This document shows, piece by piece, positions 9,973 through 17,964 of a DNA stretch of 32,000 nucleotides; positions within the stretch are counted from its first letter, which is position 1; every line of letters begins with the position of its first letter. The position numbers and the translations under genes were made by a program. The DNA comes from Delftia acidovorans NBRC 14950. GTDB lineage: Bacteria; Pseudomonadota; Gammaproteobacteria; Burkholderiales; Burkholderiaceae_C. The stretch is from positions 207,082 to 239,081 of the forward strand of contig NZ_BCZP01000010.1 in the NCBI RefSeq assembly GCF_001598795.1, written 5' to 3'. The notes under the pieces were generated by a model. That model was not told where the DNA came from and did no database searches. It saw only the letters and a program-made list of their open reading frames with translations.

Positions 9973-11217
9973 TCACAGCACCACCTCGCCGGCGGGCGCC
10001 TGCAGCGCCTCGCGCACGTCCTCGCGGCGGCTCTTTTCCAGATAGGCGCGGGACTTGTCCACCTCCTGCGACAGCGTGTCCACCGTGGTCTGCATGGAGG
10101 CCAGGGCCTTGACCTTGAAGTCGGCCATGGCGTCCATGGTCTGGTAGATGTTGCCGAAGGCCTGCTGCAGCTTGGCGATGTCGATGGTGCTGCTGGCCGC
10201 CTGCTCGTGGATCTTGCCGCTTTGCTCGCGCAGCAGCTCGCTGGTGCCGGCGATCAGGTTGCCCGTGGTGGTGTTCAGCGCCGTGATCTGGTCCAGCACC
10301 AGCTTCTGGTTGGCCAGCGCCTGCGCCACGATGACGGCCGTGCGCAGGGCAGAGACCGTGGTGGTGGTCGCGCGGTCCACGCCCTTGGCCAGTTCGAGGT
10401 TGTTCTTGCGCACCAGGTCCAGCGCCAGGTAGCCCTGCACGTTCACCGCCATCTGGGTGAGCAGGTCGGTGACCTTCTGGCGTGCGTAGAACAGCATGTC
10501 CTCGCGCACCACGCGGGCCTTTTCGGGGTCGCTGGCGTCCAGCTGTGCGGCCTTGGCATCCAGCGCCGCGTCCAGCTTCTTGCCGATGTGGATGTATTTT
10601 TCCAGCCGCTCCATCAGGCCCCACAGGTTGGCCTTTTCCTGCTCGATGGCGGCGTTGTCGCGCAGCAGCTCGTCCTTGCCGCGCTTGAGGCTGTCGATGA
10701 TGGCGTTCAGGTGGCTCTGGCTGGACTGGAATTTGTCGAAGTAGTCCACCAGCCTGTTGCCCATGGGGATCAGGCCCAGCAGCTTGCGCGGCTTGAACAG
10801 GTCGTCCTGGCGCGAGGGGTCCAGCGCCTCCACCTGGCGGCGCAGCTCGATCAGGCCCTGGCCGATCTGGCTGCCCTGGTCGAACAGGCCGTTGTTCAGC
10901 GTCTTGACGGGGCGCTCCAGCATGCGGTTGGAGACGGCGGCAGCGGCCTGCACCTCCTTGTTGCCCATGCCGTGGATGCGCTCGACCGCGCCCTTGAAGG
11001 CGGGCGACTGGCTGTCGTTGGCGGTGATGTCGTCGATGAACTGCGCCACCTGTGCGTCCAGCTGCTGCACTTCCTCGGCCTTGAGGCGGACCTTGCCGCT
11101 GGCCGACTCGATGGGCACGGGCAGGGCGGGCGCAGGCGGCTCCAGCACGAAATCCTGCTCCTGTGCAGGCACGGCCACGGCGGCGCTGGCAGTGGTGGTC
11201 TGGGGGGTGTTGCTCAT
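9973..11217 (-). CDS. telA: TelA/KlaA-family toxic anion resistance protein
   Basis: 414 aa, all-helical, with no signal peptide. The opening matches the TelA family layout (peptide-rich N-terminus, then FIDDI..., KGAVERIHGMGNKE, LIELRRQVEALDP, LLRDNAAIEQEKANLW). AGGAG lies upstream of the ATG. Confidence 0.8.
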   Translation of the reverse strand: MSNTPQTTTASAAVAVPAQEQDFVLEPPAPALPVPIESASGKVRLKAEEVQQLDAQVAQFIDDITANDSQSPAFKGAVERIHGMGNKEVQAAAAVSNRMLERPVKTLNNGLFDQGSQIGQGLIELRRQVEALDPSRQDDLFKPRKLLGLIPMGNRLVDYFDKFQSSQSHLNAIIDSLKRGKDELLRDNAAIEQEKANLWGLMERLEKYIHIGKKLDAALDAKAAQLDASDPEKARVVREDMLFYARQKVTDLLTQMAVNVQGYLALDLVRKNNLELAKGVDRATTTTVSALRTAVIVAQALANQKLVLDQITALNTTTGNLIAGTSELLREQSGKIHEQAASSTIDIAKLQQAFGNIYQTMDAMADFKVKALASMQTTVDTLSQEVDKSRAYLEKSRREDVREALQAPAGEVVL

Positions 11218-11239
11218 CGGTTGCTCCTGGAACGTTCGG

Positions 11240-12352
11240 TCATTTGAAGCGCTGCTCCATGTCCACGATCATTCGCTCCAGCCACTCCTGGCTGGGCGGA
11301 TCGATCACATCCACCAGCTGCGCGGGCGCCTGCACGCCCTGCCCGGCCCAGCGCTCGGGCCCGTGCGTGTCGCCGCCGGTGCGAAAGCCGTATTCCTGCG
11401 CCAATGCGCGCAGTTGCGGATCGGATTCGAGCAGCTGGCCCACGCGATCGCCCGCAGGCGTGTAGGGCACGAGCACATGCTTGGAATACAGCGTGGGCTG
11501 CGGGTAGAGCATCACCATCTCGCCGCTTCTGCGCTGCGGGTGGCGCAGCAGGAACTCCACCAGCTGCGATTCATAGGCCACCAGCAGCGGCGCCTTGCCC
11601 ATGCCCAGGGCCAGGTAGTCCTCGAACGGCCCGGCCGACGAGCTTTCCTGGAAGCCCTGGCGCAAAAACAGCGGCGCCACCTGGGGCATCACGCGCTCCA
11701 GGTCGGCCGGGCTTTGCACCACCTGCTGGCCGTTGAGCACATAGCTGGCCAGCGCCAGGTACATGGCCGCGCTGTTGGAGCTGCGCACATCGGTGCTGGC
11801 GGGCAGCACGGCCTTGCCGGTGGCAAAGGCGCCGGAGGCCTTCAGGTCACGCCAGCGCGTGCCCTTGCCGGCCATGGCCAGCAGGGAGGGAAGATCGGTC
11901 ACGTAAAAGAAGTCGCCCTGCTTTTGCGCAACGCCGTTGGCGATCAGGATCTCGGCAATGGGCCGCCAGCTGGCGAACACGATGGGCGTGTAGAACGGCG
12001 TATAGACGGTAGCGGCCCTGGCCGCCGCCTTGAGCTGGGCTGCAGCCGGCGCACCCGAGGGAAAGCCGAAGTCGTACTGCTTGGGGTCGTAGCTGTTGGC
12101 AATGCTGCGCGAGCCGGCCTTTTGCACCGTCACCGTCACGCCGTGGCGCGCCAGCACGTCGCGCACGCGCTCGTCCTGGAAGAAGGCTTCCTTCTCGGAG
12201 CCGATCAGGCCGCGTGCCGTCACGGACGGCTGCTGCGTCAGCTGCGCCTGGCGGTCCTGCACCAGGGCCGTGCGCGAGTACCAGACGCCGCCGCCCACGG
12301 CCGCCAGCAGCAGCGCCGCCAGCCCCGCCGCCAAAGCACGGCGCGCGTTCAT
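11240..12352 (-). CDS. Membrane-anchored PBP-like (solute-binding-fold) protein, paralogue of the N-domain of the vWA lipoprotein
   Basis: 370 aa. N-terminal anchor is AAGLAALLLAAVGGGVWY. By eye it aligns with the vWA protein N-half (SSNSAAMYLALASYV versus SSNTGMSALFAVASAV, with similar spacing of flanking blocks). Only 22 nt separate it from telA. Confidence 0.55.
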   Translation of the reverse strand: MNARRALAAGLAALLLAAVGGGVWYSRTALVQDRQAQLTQQPSVTARGLIGSEKEAFFQDERVRDVLARHGVTVTVQKAGSRSIANSYDPKQYDFGFPSGAPAAAQLKAAARAATVYTPFYTPIVFASWRPIAEILIANGVAQKQGDFFYVTDLPSLLAMAGKGTRWRDLKASGAFATGKAVLPASTDVRSSNSAAMYLALASYVLNGQQVVQSPADLERVMPQVAPLFLRQGFQESSSAGPFEDYLALGMGKAPLLVAYESQLVEFLLRHPQRRSGEMVMLYPQPTLYSKHVLVPYTPAGDRVGQLLESDPQLRALAQEYGFRTGGDTHGPERWAGQGVQAPAQLVDVIDPPSQEWLERMIVDMEQRFK

Positions 12353-12426
12353 TGAGAGGCTCCGCCCTGGATGACGGCAAGATGAAATTCGGTCATGAAC
12401 GCGCGGGCCGTTGTCATGTTTTGTTC

Positions 12427-12452
12427 AAAAAAACTTCTTATACGGAAGTTTT
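12427..12452 (-). terminator. AT-rich hairpin plus U tract: weak terminator or operator between the orphan gene and the PBP/TelA operon
   Basis: Perfect 8-bp inverted repeat AAAACTTC-N7-GAAGTTTT. On the minus strand it is followed by further T residues. It lies 68 nt downstream of the 12520 stop, in a local AT-rich patch. Confidence 0.35.
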
Positions 12453-12486
12453 GTGACACAACGACGACACGCGGCCCGGCCCGCGC

Positions 12487-12534
12487 CGCGACTACCTCAA
12501 CGCGACTATCTCAGCGCGACTACCTCAGCGCGAG
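12487..12534. repeat. Three and a half tandem copies of a 14-nt unit CGCGACTAYCTCAR
   Basis: cgcgactacctcaa / cgcgactatctcag / cgcgactacctcag / cgcgag are read directly. The array overlaps the last codons and TAG stop of the 12520..14016 gene. It lies 135-180 nt upstream of the PBP-like gene start. Confidence 0.8.
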
Positions 12535-14016
12535 TTGCTCAGTGAAGCTGCGCCCACCGGGCGTTTCGCGGTGCTGCTGGGTGCGGTGCTCCACCAGCTG
12601 GTCCCACGTCTGCATCTGGCGCTCTTGCGTCTTGCGCAGCGCGCCGGTGACCTGCTTGCCGGCTGTCTCGATCAGCGTGGTGATGGTGCGGCTGTCCTGC
12701 ACCTTGGTCAGGTCATAGTTGCCCGACTGCAAATCCAGCATGCTGCGGTTGCGCGCCTTTTTGGACTCGGCGTTCAGGGACTCGGTCACCACCTGGGCGA
12801 TCGACTCGCCCTCCCTGCCGCGGGACTGCCGGGTGGTCTTCTGGCCCACCTGGTACTCGGCGCGGCCGATTTCGGTCACGGCGCCGAATTCGTTGGTGTT
12901 CTCGAAATCACCGCTGAAGCTGGCCTGGAAATCGGCCAGACCGCTTTGCAGGGACTGCACGGAACGCTCCAGCCCGGAGAGCGCGACGATGGCGCCCGGC
13001 GCGGCCGGCGCCTGCGCGTTGTGCAGCTGACTGAAGGCACTCTTGAACATGTCCACCAGCGCCGCATCCGCACGGCCGCGCTGCGCGGCGGCATCAAAGC
13101 GCTTCAGATGCTGGTCCAGCGCGGACTGGCGCTGTGAAGCGCTGGCGCCCACGGGGGCATCGGACTCCAGGTTGACGGCCAGCTCGCCAGCCGCGCCCTT
13201 CATCGCCACCGATCGGCCATCGGCGCCCACATGCAGGCTGAACGAGGACAGGGACTGCGAAGGCTTGGGGTTCTTGATGTCCAGGTCCAGGCCGGACAGC
13301 ACGCTGCGGTCGAAGTCCATCAGCTTGCCCAGTTCCAGCTGGGGCTTGCCCGGCTTTCCCAGGCCTTCCAGCGCTTCGTCCAGCCCGTCGGCCAGCTGGG
13401 CAATGGCCGCGCTCTCGGCCTGGCTCAAGGTGCCGGAACTCTTGACCTCGACCCGCAGCCCGCTGCTGCTGCCCGCTTCGCTGCCGTCGTTCGTGGCAAT
13501 CCGCAGCTCCACGGTCTGGCCCGATTGCGTGCGGATCTTCAGGCTCACGGTGGCAGCGCCCACGGACACATCGCTCAGTGCGGACTTGTCCAGGGCCTGC
13601 GCATCCGCGCTGCCTGCGACGGAGTCGGCCGCCGTGGGCGCCTGGTACTCCGCAACCGTCTGTTGGTAGTCCGACGGCGTGGCCGCAAAGCGCGACAGCA
13701 GGGCGCCGCCCAGGCCGCGCCAGCGGTCGGCCAGGCTGGCCGACGGGCCCAGGCCCAGGTTGCGCGCCATCAGGGTGCTGATGTCGTCCCTGTCTTGCGA
13801 GGCCCAGGCCCGGGTCAGCCTGAACTGGCCCAGTTCCACGGGCTGCGGTTTGGCATAGATGACGCTGGACCCTGTGGACTGGCCCAGCGTGACCTGCGTG
13901 CCCGGTTCGGCGGGTGCAGCAGCTGCCGTGGTCGCTGACGACCTCACGGACACCGTGGGCCGCATGCCCGCTGCGCTGGCGGCAAAGCTGGCGCCGGTGG
14001 ATGAAATGCTGGTCAT
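12520..14016 (-). CDS. Hypothetical Ser/Ala/Gly/Gln-rich protein, no recognisable domain
   Basis: 498-aa ORF with GGAAG upstream of the ATG and GC3-rich codon usage like its neighbours. There is no signal peptide or TM segment, and the N-terminal 60 aa are low-complexity. I recognise no family. Confidence 0.6.
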   Translation of the reverse strand: MTSISSTGASFAASAAGMRPTVSVRSSATTAAAAPAEPGTQVTLGQSTGSSVIYAKPQPVELGQFRLTRAWASQDRDDISTLMARNLGLGPSASLADRWRGLGGALLSRFAATPSDYQQTVAEYQAPTAADSVAGSADAQALDKSALSDVSVGAATVSLKIRTQSGQTVELRIATNDGSEAGSSSGLRVEVKSSGTLSQAESAAIAQLADGLDEALEGLGKPGKPQLELGKLMDFDRSVLSGLDLDIKNPKPSQSLSSFSLHVGADGRSVAMKGAAGELAVNLESDAPVGASASQRQSALDQHLKRFDAAAQRGRADAALVDMFKSAFSQLHNAQAPAAPGAIVALSGLERSVQSLQSGLADFQASFSGDFENTNEFGAVTEIGRAEYQVGQKTTRQSRGREGESIAQVVTESLNAESKKARNRSMLDLQSGNYDLTKVQDSRTITTLIETAGKQVTGALRKTQERQMQTWDQLVEHRTQQHRETPGGRSFTEQLALR

Positions 14017-14281
14017 GGATTGATCGTCTTCCTTCGGTCTTGTCCTGACTGAATGTGGCGGCCCAGGCCTTTGCAGGCAGGGGATTTTCTCTGTTCATGG
14101 ACCATCGGCAGATTTCCGATTTTCTTTACCCCCCGTGCACCAATATGGTGTGAAAACCTTGTATTCATTGAAATCCGGCCAATACAGGGAATGTTTGGCT
14201 GTTGGCGCAGAAAAGACGCCATTGCTCTACTGGACGCAGCGACCGGCGGCAAGCGACATTCTCTCAGTGACGCCGCCCTCT

Positions 14282-14324
14282 TTGACCTGAGTCAAGACTA
14301 TGGAGTGAACTGCATCGATATAAC
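14282..14324 (+). promoter_or_regulatory. FNR/FixK/Anr-type box (TTGAC-N4-GTCAA) with a -10-like TATAAC at class II spacing
   Basis: Perfect inverted arms TTGAC ctga GTCAA at 14282-14295 fit TTGA-N6-TCAA. TATAAC lies at 14319-14324. A start site about 7 nt after the -10 would put the box centre near -42, as in class II FNR promoters. The implied 5' UTR before fabI is about 250 nt. Confidence 0.4.
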
Positions 14325-14396
14325 GAAACGGCATCGCCAAAATCGGTCGCTGCAGTGCAACATAGATAGAATGAAAAAGACCAGGAGACGATATTG

Positions 14397-14426
14397 GCAT
14401 GCAAACCTTTGATTTGCATGCATCAA
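14397..14426. promoter_or_regulatory. Overlapping palindromes in the putative 5' UTR or control region
   Basis: GCATGCAAA-N7-TTTGCATGC (9-bp arms, 14397-14421) overlaps TTGAT-N8-ATCAA (14409-14426). Read directly from the sequence. Confidence 0.4.
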
Positions 14427-14524
14427 AACAAGCTATCAAAAGCTTCGTAGTCACAGGAAATACAAACATTCGCCGTGGCGCATATGTCGGCAATGCCGCG
14501 CCATGCCCCGTGATTCCTGACGAA

Positions 14525-14540
14525 GCCGCCCCAAGGCGGC
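14525..14540 (+). promoter_or_regulatory. Small GC hairpin in the fabI leader
   Basis: GCCGCC-ccaa-GGCGGC is followed by ctgttt, 39 nt before the fabI ATG. Function unknown. Confidence 0.25.
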
Positions 14541-14578
14541 CTGTTTCCCGGCAGACCTTCTGATCTGGAGCATTCGAG

Positions 14579-15346
14579 ATGACGCTATTGGCTGGCAAAA
14601 AGGGCCTGATCGTCGGCATCGCCAACCGCGACAGCATTGCCTGGGCCTGTGCCCGGGCCATGCATGCGGCGGGCGCCGAGATCGGCGCGACCTGGCAGAA
14701 CGACAAGGCCCGTGTGCATGTGGAGCCCCTGCTCGACGAGATCGGTGCCGAGCTGCGCATGCCGCTGGACGTGGGCGACGACGAGCAGATGCGCGCACTG
14801 TTCGATGCCGCCGCCGTGCGCTGGGGCCGGCTGGACTTCGTGCTGCACGCCGTGGCCTACGCCCCGCGCAAGGACCTGCAGGGCCGCGTGGTGGACAGCT
14901 CCCGCGAGGGCTTTGCGCTGGCCATGGACATCTCCTGCCACTCCTTCATCCGCATGGCGCACCTGGCCGAGCCGCTGATGGCCGCCAGCGGCGGCAGCCT
15001 CATGACGCTGAGCTACCTGGGCGCCAGCGAGGTCATGCCGCACTACGGAATCATGGGCCCGGTCAAGGCCGCGCTGGAGTCCACCACGCGCTACCTGGCG
15101 GCCGAACTGGGCCCCTCGCGCATCCGCGTCAATGCCGTCTCGCCCGGGCCCATCGCCACGCGCGCGGCCTCGGGCATTGCCGCGTTCGATGAACTCGTGG
15201 CCGACAGCGTGCGCCGCTCGCCCATTGCCGGCGAATTGCAGCCCGACGACGTGGGGCCGCTGTGCGCCTTCCTGGCCTCGGACGGGGCGCGCGCCATCAC
15301 GGGCTGCACGCTGTATGTCGATGGCGGCCACCACATCCTCAACTAG
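14579..15346 (+). CDS. fabI: FabI-family NADH-dependent enoyl-ACP (or enoyl-CoA) reductase
   Basis: 255 aa. GKKGLIVGIANRDSIAWACARAMHAAGAE matches the FabI N-terminal Rossmann segment. The Y-x6-K catalytic motif reads YGIMGPVKAALE. NAVSPGPIAT is also present. GGAG lies 8 nt before the ATG. Confidence 0.85.
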   Translation: MTLLAGKKGLIVGIANRDSIAWACARAMHAAGAEIGATWQNDKARVHVEPLLDEIGAELRMPLDVGDDEQMRALFDAAAVRWGRLDFVLHAVAYAPRKDLQGRVVDSSREGFALAMDISCHSFIRMAHLAEPLMAASGGSLMTLSYLGASEVMPHYGIMGPVKAALESTTRYLAAELGPSRIRVNAVSPGPIATRAASGIAAFDELVADSVRRSPIAGELQPDDVGPLCAFLASDGARAITGCTLYVDGGHHILN

Positions 15347-15379
15347 CGGCTGCCGCACCGGCGCCCCGCAGCACTGCAG

Positions 15380-16855
15380 ATGACCCTCCCATTCCCCCGA
15401 ACCGCCGCCGCCGCGCTGGCAGCCGCACTGGCCGCAGCCCTGGCAGGATGTGCCTCCCTGGCGCCGCCGCACGAGCCGCCGCCCCTGCCCACGCCCGAGG
15501 CCTGGCCTGCCCATCTGCAGGCGGGCGCCCAGGGTGTCGCCGCCGCCGGCCTGCCCTGGCGCGAGTACTTCACCGACCCCGTGCTGCGCCAGCTCATCGC
15601 CACCGCGCTGGAGCACAACCGCGACCTGCGCGTGGCCGCGCTGCGCGCCGAAGAGGCGCGCGCGGCCTTCCAGATCCAGCGCTCCGAGCTGTTCCCGGCC
15701 ATTGGCGTGGGCGGCCAGGCCGCACGGGCTCGCGTGCCTGGCGACCTCAACCTCTCGGGCCGCTCCGTGGTCAGCGGCGAGTACCGCGCCGAGGTCGGCT
15801 TCAGCAGCTGGGAGCTGGACCTGTGGGGCCGCGTGCGCAGCCTCAAGGACGCGGCCCTGCAGACCTGGCTGGCCAGCGATGCGGGCCGCCACGCCGTGCA
15901 GACCGCGCTGATCGCCCAGGTGGCCGACGGCTACCTGGGCCTGCGCGAGCTGGACGAGCGCGTGGCCATTGCGCGCGAGACGCTGGCCACGCGCCAGGAA
16001 TCCTTTCGCATCTTCACGCGCCGCGAGGCCGTGGGCGCCAGCTCGCGCCTGCAGCTGGCCCAGGTCCAGACCCTGCTGACCCAGGCGCAGGCCCTGCTGG
16101 CCCAGCTGGAGCTGGCACGCGCGCAGCAGCTGCATGCCCTGGCCCAGCTGGTCGGCGCCCACCCGGGCCCGCTGCCCGCCGCCGCACCCTTTGACGACGC
16201 CCTGGTGCTGGCCGAGCTGCGGCCGGGCCTGCCCTCGGAACTGCTCACGGCGCGGCCCGACATTGCCGCGGCCGAGCACCAGCTGCGCGCGGCCCGGGCC
16301 CAGATCGGCGCGGCGCGCGCCGCCTTCTTCCCGCGCATTGCGCTCACGGCCCGCTGGGGCACGGCCAGCGCCGAACTCGACGGCCTGTTCGACGGCGGCA
16401 GCCGCGCCTGGGCCTTCGTGCCCACGGTGTCCCTGCCCATCTTCGACGGCGGCCGGCGCCGCGCCAACCTGGAGCTGGGCGAGATCCGCAGCGACATGGC
16501 CGTGGCCCAGTACGAGAAAGCCATCCAGACCGCCTTCCGCGAGGTGGCCGATGGCCTGGCCGCACGCCGCTGGCTGTCCGAGCAGATCACCGTGCAGCGC
16601 ACCGCCGTGCAGGCCCAGGCCGAGCGCGCGCGGCTGGCGCAGCTGCGCTACGACAACGGCTCGGCCGCCTACCTGGAGGTGCTGGACGCCCAGCGCGACC
16701 TGCTGGCCGCACGCCAGCAACTGGTGCAGGCGCGGCGCGCCCTGCTGTCCAGCCAGGTGGGCCTGTATGCCGCCCTGGGCGGCGGCAGCGGCGCGGAACC
16801 TGCCGCGCTGCCCGCCACCCTGCCGGCCACGCCTGCCGATCCCCCGAATTCCTGA
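15380..16855 (+). CDS. Outer-membrane efflux lipoprotein, NodT/OMF family
   Basis: 491 aa. Lipobox is AALAGCASL. Duplicated TolC-like halves carry LRVAALRAEEARA, LDLWGRVRS, ARAQIGAARAAFFPRIALT and YDNGSAAYLEVLDAQR. Confidence 0.88.
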   Translation: MTLPFPRTAAAALAAALAAALAGCASLAPPHEPPPLPTPEAWPAHLQAGAQGVAAAGLPWREYFTDPVLRQLIATALEHNRDLRVAALRAEEARAAFQIQRSELFPAIGVGGQAARARVPGDLNLSGRSVVSGEYRAEVGFSSWELDLWGRVRSLKDAALQTWLASDAGRHAVQTALIAQVADGYLGLRELDERVAIARETLATRQESFRIFTRREAVGASSRLQLAQVQTLLTQAQALLAQLELARAQQLHALAQLVGAHPGPLPAAAPFDDALVLAELRPGLPSELLTARPDIAAAEHQLRAARAQIGAARAAFFPRIALTARWGTASAELDGLFDGGSRAWAFVPTVSLPIFDGGRRRANLELGEIRSDMAVAQYEKAIQTAFREVADGLAARRWLSEQITVQRTAVQAQAERARLAQLRYDNGSAAYLEVLDAQRDLLAARQQLVQARRALLSSQVGLYAALGGGSGAEPAALPATLPATPADPPNS

Positions 16856-16872
16856 AGCCTCCGGACCCGCCC

Positions 16873-17964
16873 ATGGACAAGAACACCTCTCTGAAGAACA
16901 AGATCGTGCCGATCGCCGCCGTGGCGGTCCTGGCCCTCGTGGCCTGGTGGGCCTGGAAGACCTTCACGCCCAAGGGCCCGGGCGAGGGCTTCGTCGGCAG
17001 CAACGGCCGTGTCGAGGCCACCGAGATCGACATCTCCACCAAGCTGCCCGGCCGCGTGGAGGAAATCCTGGTGCGCGAGGGCGACTTCGTGCAGGCCGGC
17101 CAGCCCGTGGCGCGCATGCAGATCGACACCCTGCGCGCCCAGCGCCAGGAAGCCGACGCCATGCGCCAGCAGGCCGAGCACAGCGTGGCCGCGGCCGAGG
17201 CCCAGGTCACCCTGCGCCGCAGCGACCTGGCCGCCGCCCAGGCCCTGATCGTGCAGCGCGAGACCGAGGTGGATGCCGCGCAGCGCCGCTTCAAGCGCTC
17301 GGAAACGCTGGCGCGCGAGGGCGCCTCTTCGGTGCAGGAGCTCGATGACGACCGCGCCCGCGTGCGCGGCAGCGAGGCGGCGCTGGCCGCCACGCGCGCC
17401 CAGGCCGCCGCCGCCCAGGCCGCCGTGAAGGCGGCCGAGGCCCAGGTGGTGGGCGTGCGCTCCCAGGTGCAGGCGGCCACGGCCACGGTGGCGCGCGTGC
17501 AGGCCGACATCGACGACGGCGTGCTCAAGGCCCCGCGCGACGGCCGCGTACAGCTGCGCGTGGCCCAGCCCGGCGAAGTGCTGGGCGCAGGCGGGCGCGT
17601 GCTCAACCTGCTGGACCTGTCCGATGTCTACATGACCTTCTTCGTGCCGGAAACTGCAGCCGGGCGCATTGCACTGGGCAGCGAGGTGCGCCTGGTGCTG
17701 GACGCCGCGCCCGAGTACGTGATTCCGGCCCGCGTCTCCTTCGTCGCCAGCCAGGCCCAGTTCACGCCCAAGACCGTGGAGACCGCCAGCGAGCGCCAGA
17801 AGCTGATGTTCCGCGTGCGCGCCCAGATCCCGCCGGAGCTGCTGCGCCGCCATCTGGAACAGGTCAAGACCGGCGTACCCGGCATGGCCTGGCTGCGCAC
17901 CGATGCCAGCCATGAGTGGCCCGCCAACCTGGCCATCAAGCTGCCAGCCCAGCCTGCGCAATGA
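16873..17964 (+). CDS. HlyD-family membrane fusion protein (YhiI/YbhG-like)
   Basis: 363 aa. It has an N-terminal anchor helix, a lipoyl-like segment ([36 protein letters not shown]), a long Ala/Gln coiled coil, and a beta-barrel end (GVPGMAWL). The stop overlaps the next ATG (ATGA). Confidence 0.85.
   Translation: MDKNTSLKNKIVPIAAVAVLALVAWWAWKTFTPKGPGEGFVGSNGRVEATEIDISTKLPGRVEEILVREGDFVQAGQPVARMQIDTLRAQRQEADAMRQQAEHSVAAAEAQVTLRRSDLAAAQALIVQRETEVDAAQRRFKRSETLAREGASSVQELDDDRARVRGSEAALAATRAQAAAAQAAVKAAEAQVVGVRSQVQAATATVARVQADIDDGVLKAPRDGRVQLRVAQPGEVLGAGGRVLNLLDLSDVYMTFFVPETAAGRIALGSEVRLVLDAAPEYVIPARVSFVASQAQFTPKTVETASERQKLMFRVRAQIPPELLRRHLEQVKTGVPGMAWLRTDASHEWPANLAIKLPAQPAQ

Noticed and set aside
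12487-12534. Tandem repeats considered as a CRISPR array or mobile-element end.
   Set aside because: The units are 14 nt and directly abutting, with no spacers. No cas, transposase or integrase genes occur anywhere in the window.
14053-14412. 119-aa ORF inside the AT-rich intergenic region.
   Set aside because: It has no RBS, its codon usage is unlike the neighbours, and its composition is rich in Cys, Trp and Arg. It is probably non-coding control DNA.
14409-14426. TTGAT-N8-ATCAA considered as an FNR site.
   Set aside because: The half-sites are right, but the spacing is 8 nt, not 4. It is kept only as a palindrome. The TTGAC-N4-GTCAA box at 14282 is the better candidate.
14585-16720. 711-aa ORF antisense to fabI and the OMF gene. 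Similar very long antisense or off-frame ORFs occur at 2792..5203 (+), 17628..20744 (-), 21899..24937 (-), 24247..26436 (-), 16669..17961 (-) and 28077..29714 (+).
   Set aside because: These are typical shadow ORFs of high-GC DNA. Their translations are Arg/Gly/Ala/His/Pro-rich with no motifs. Each overlaps a frame that carries unmistakable family signatures.
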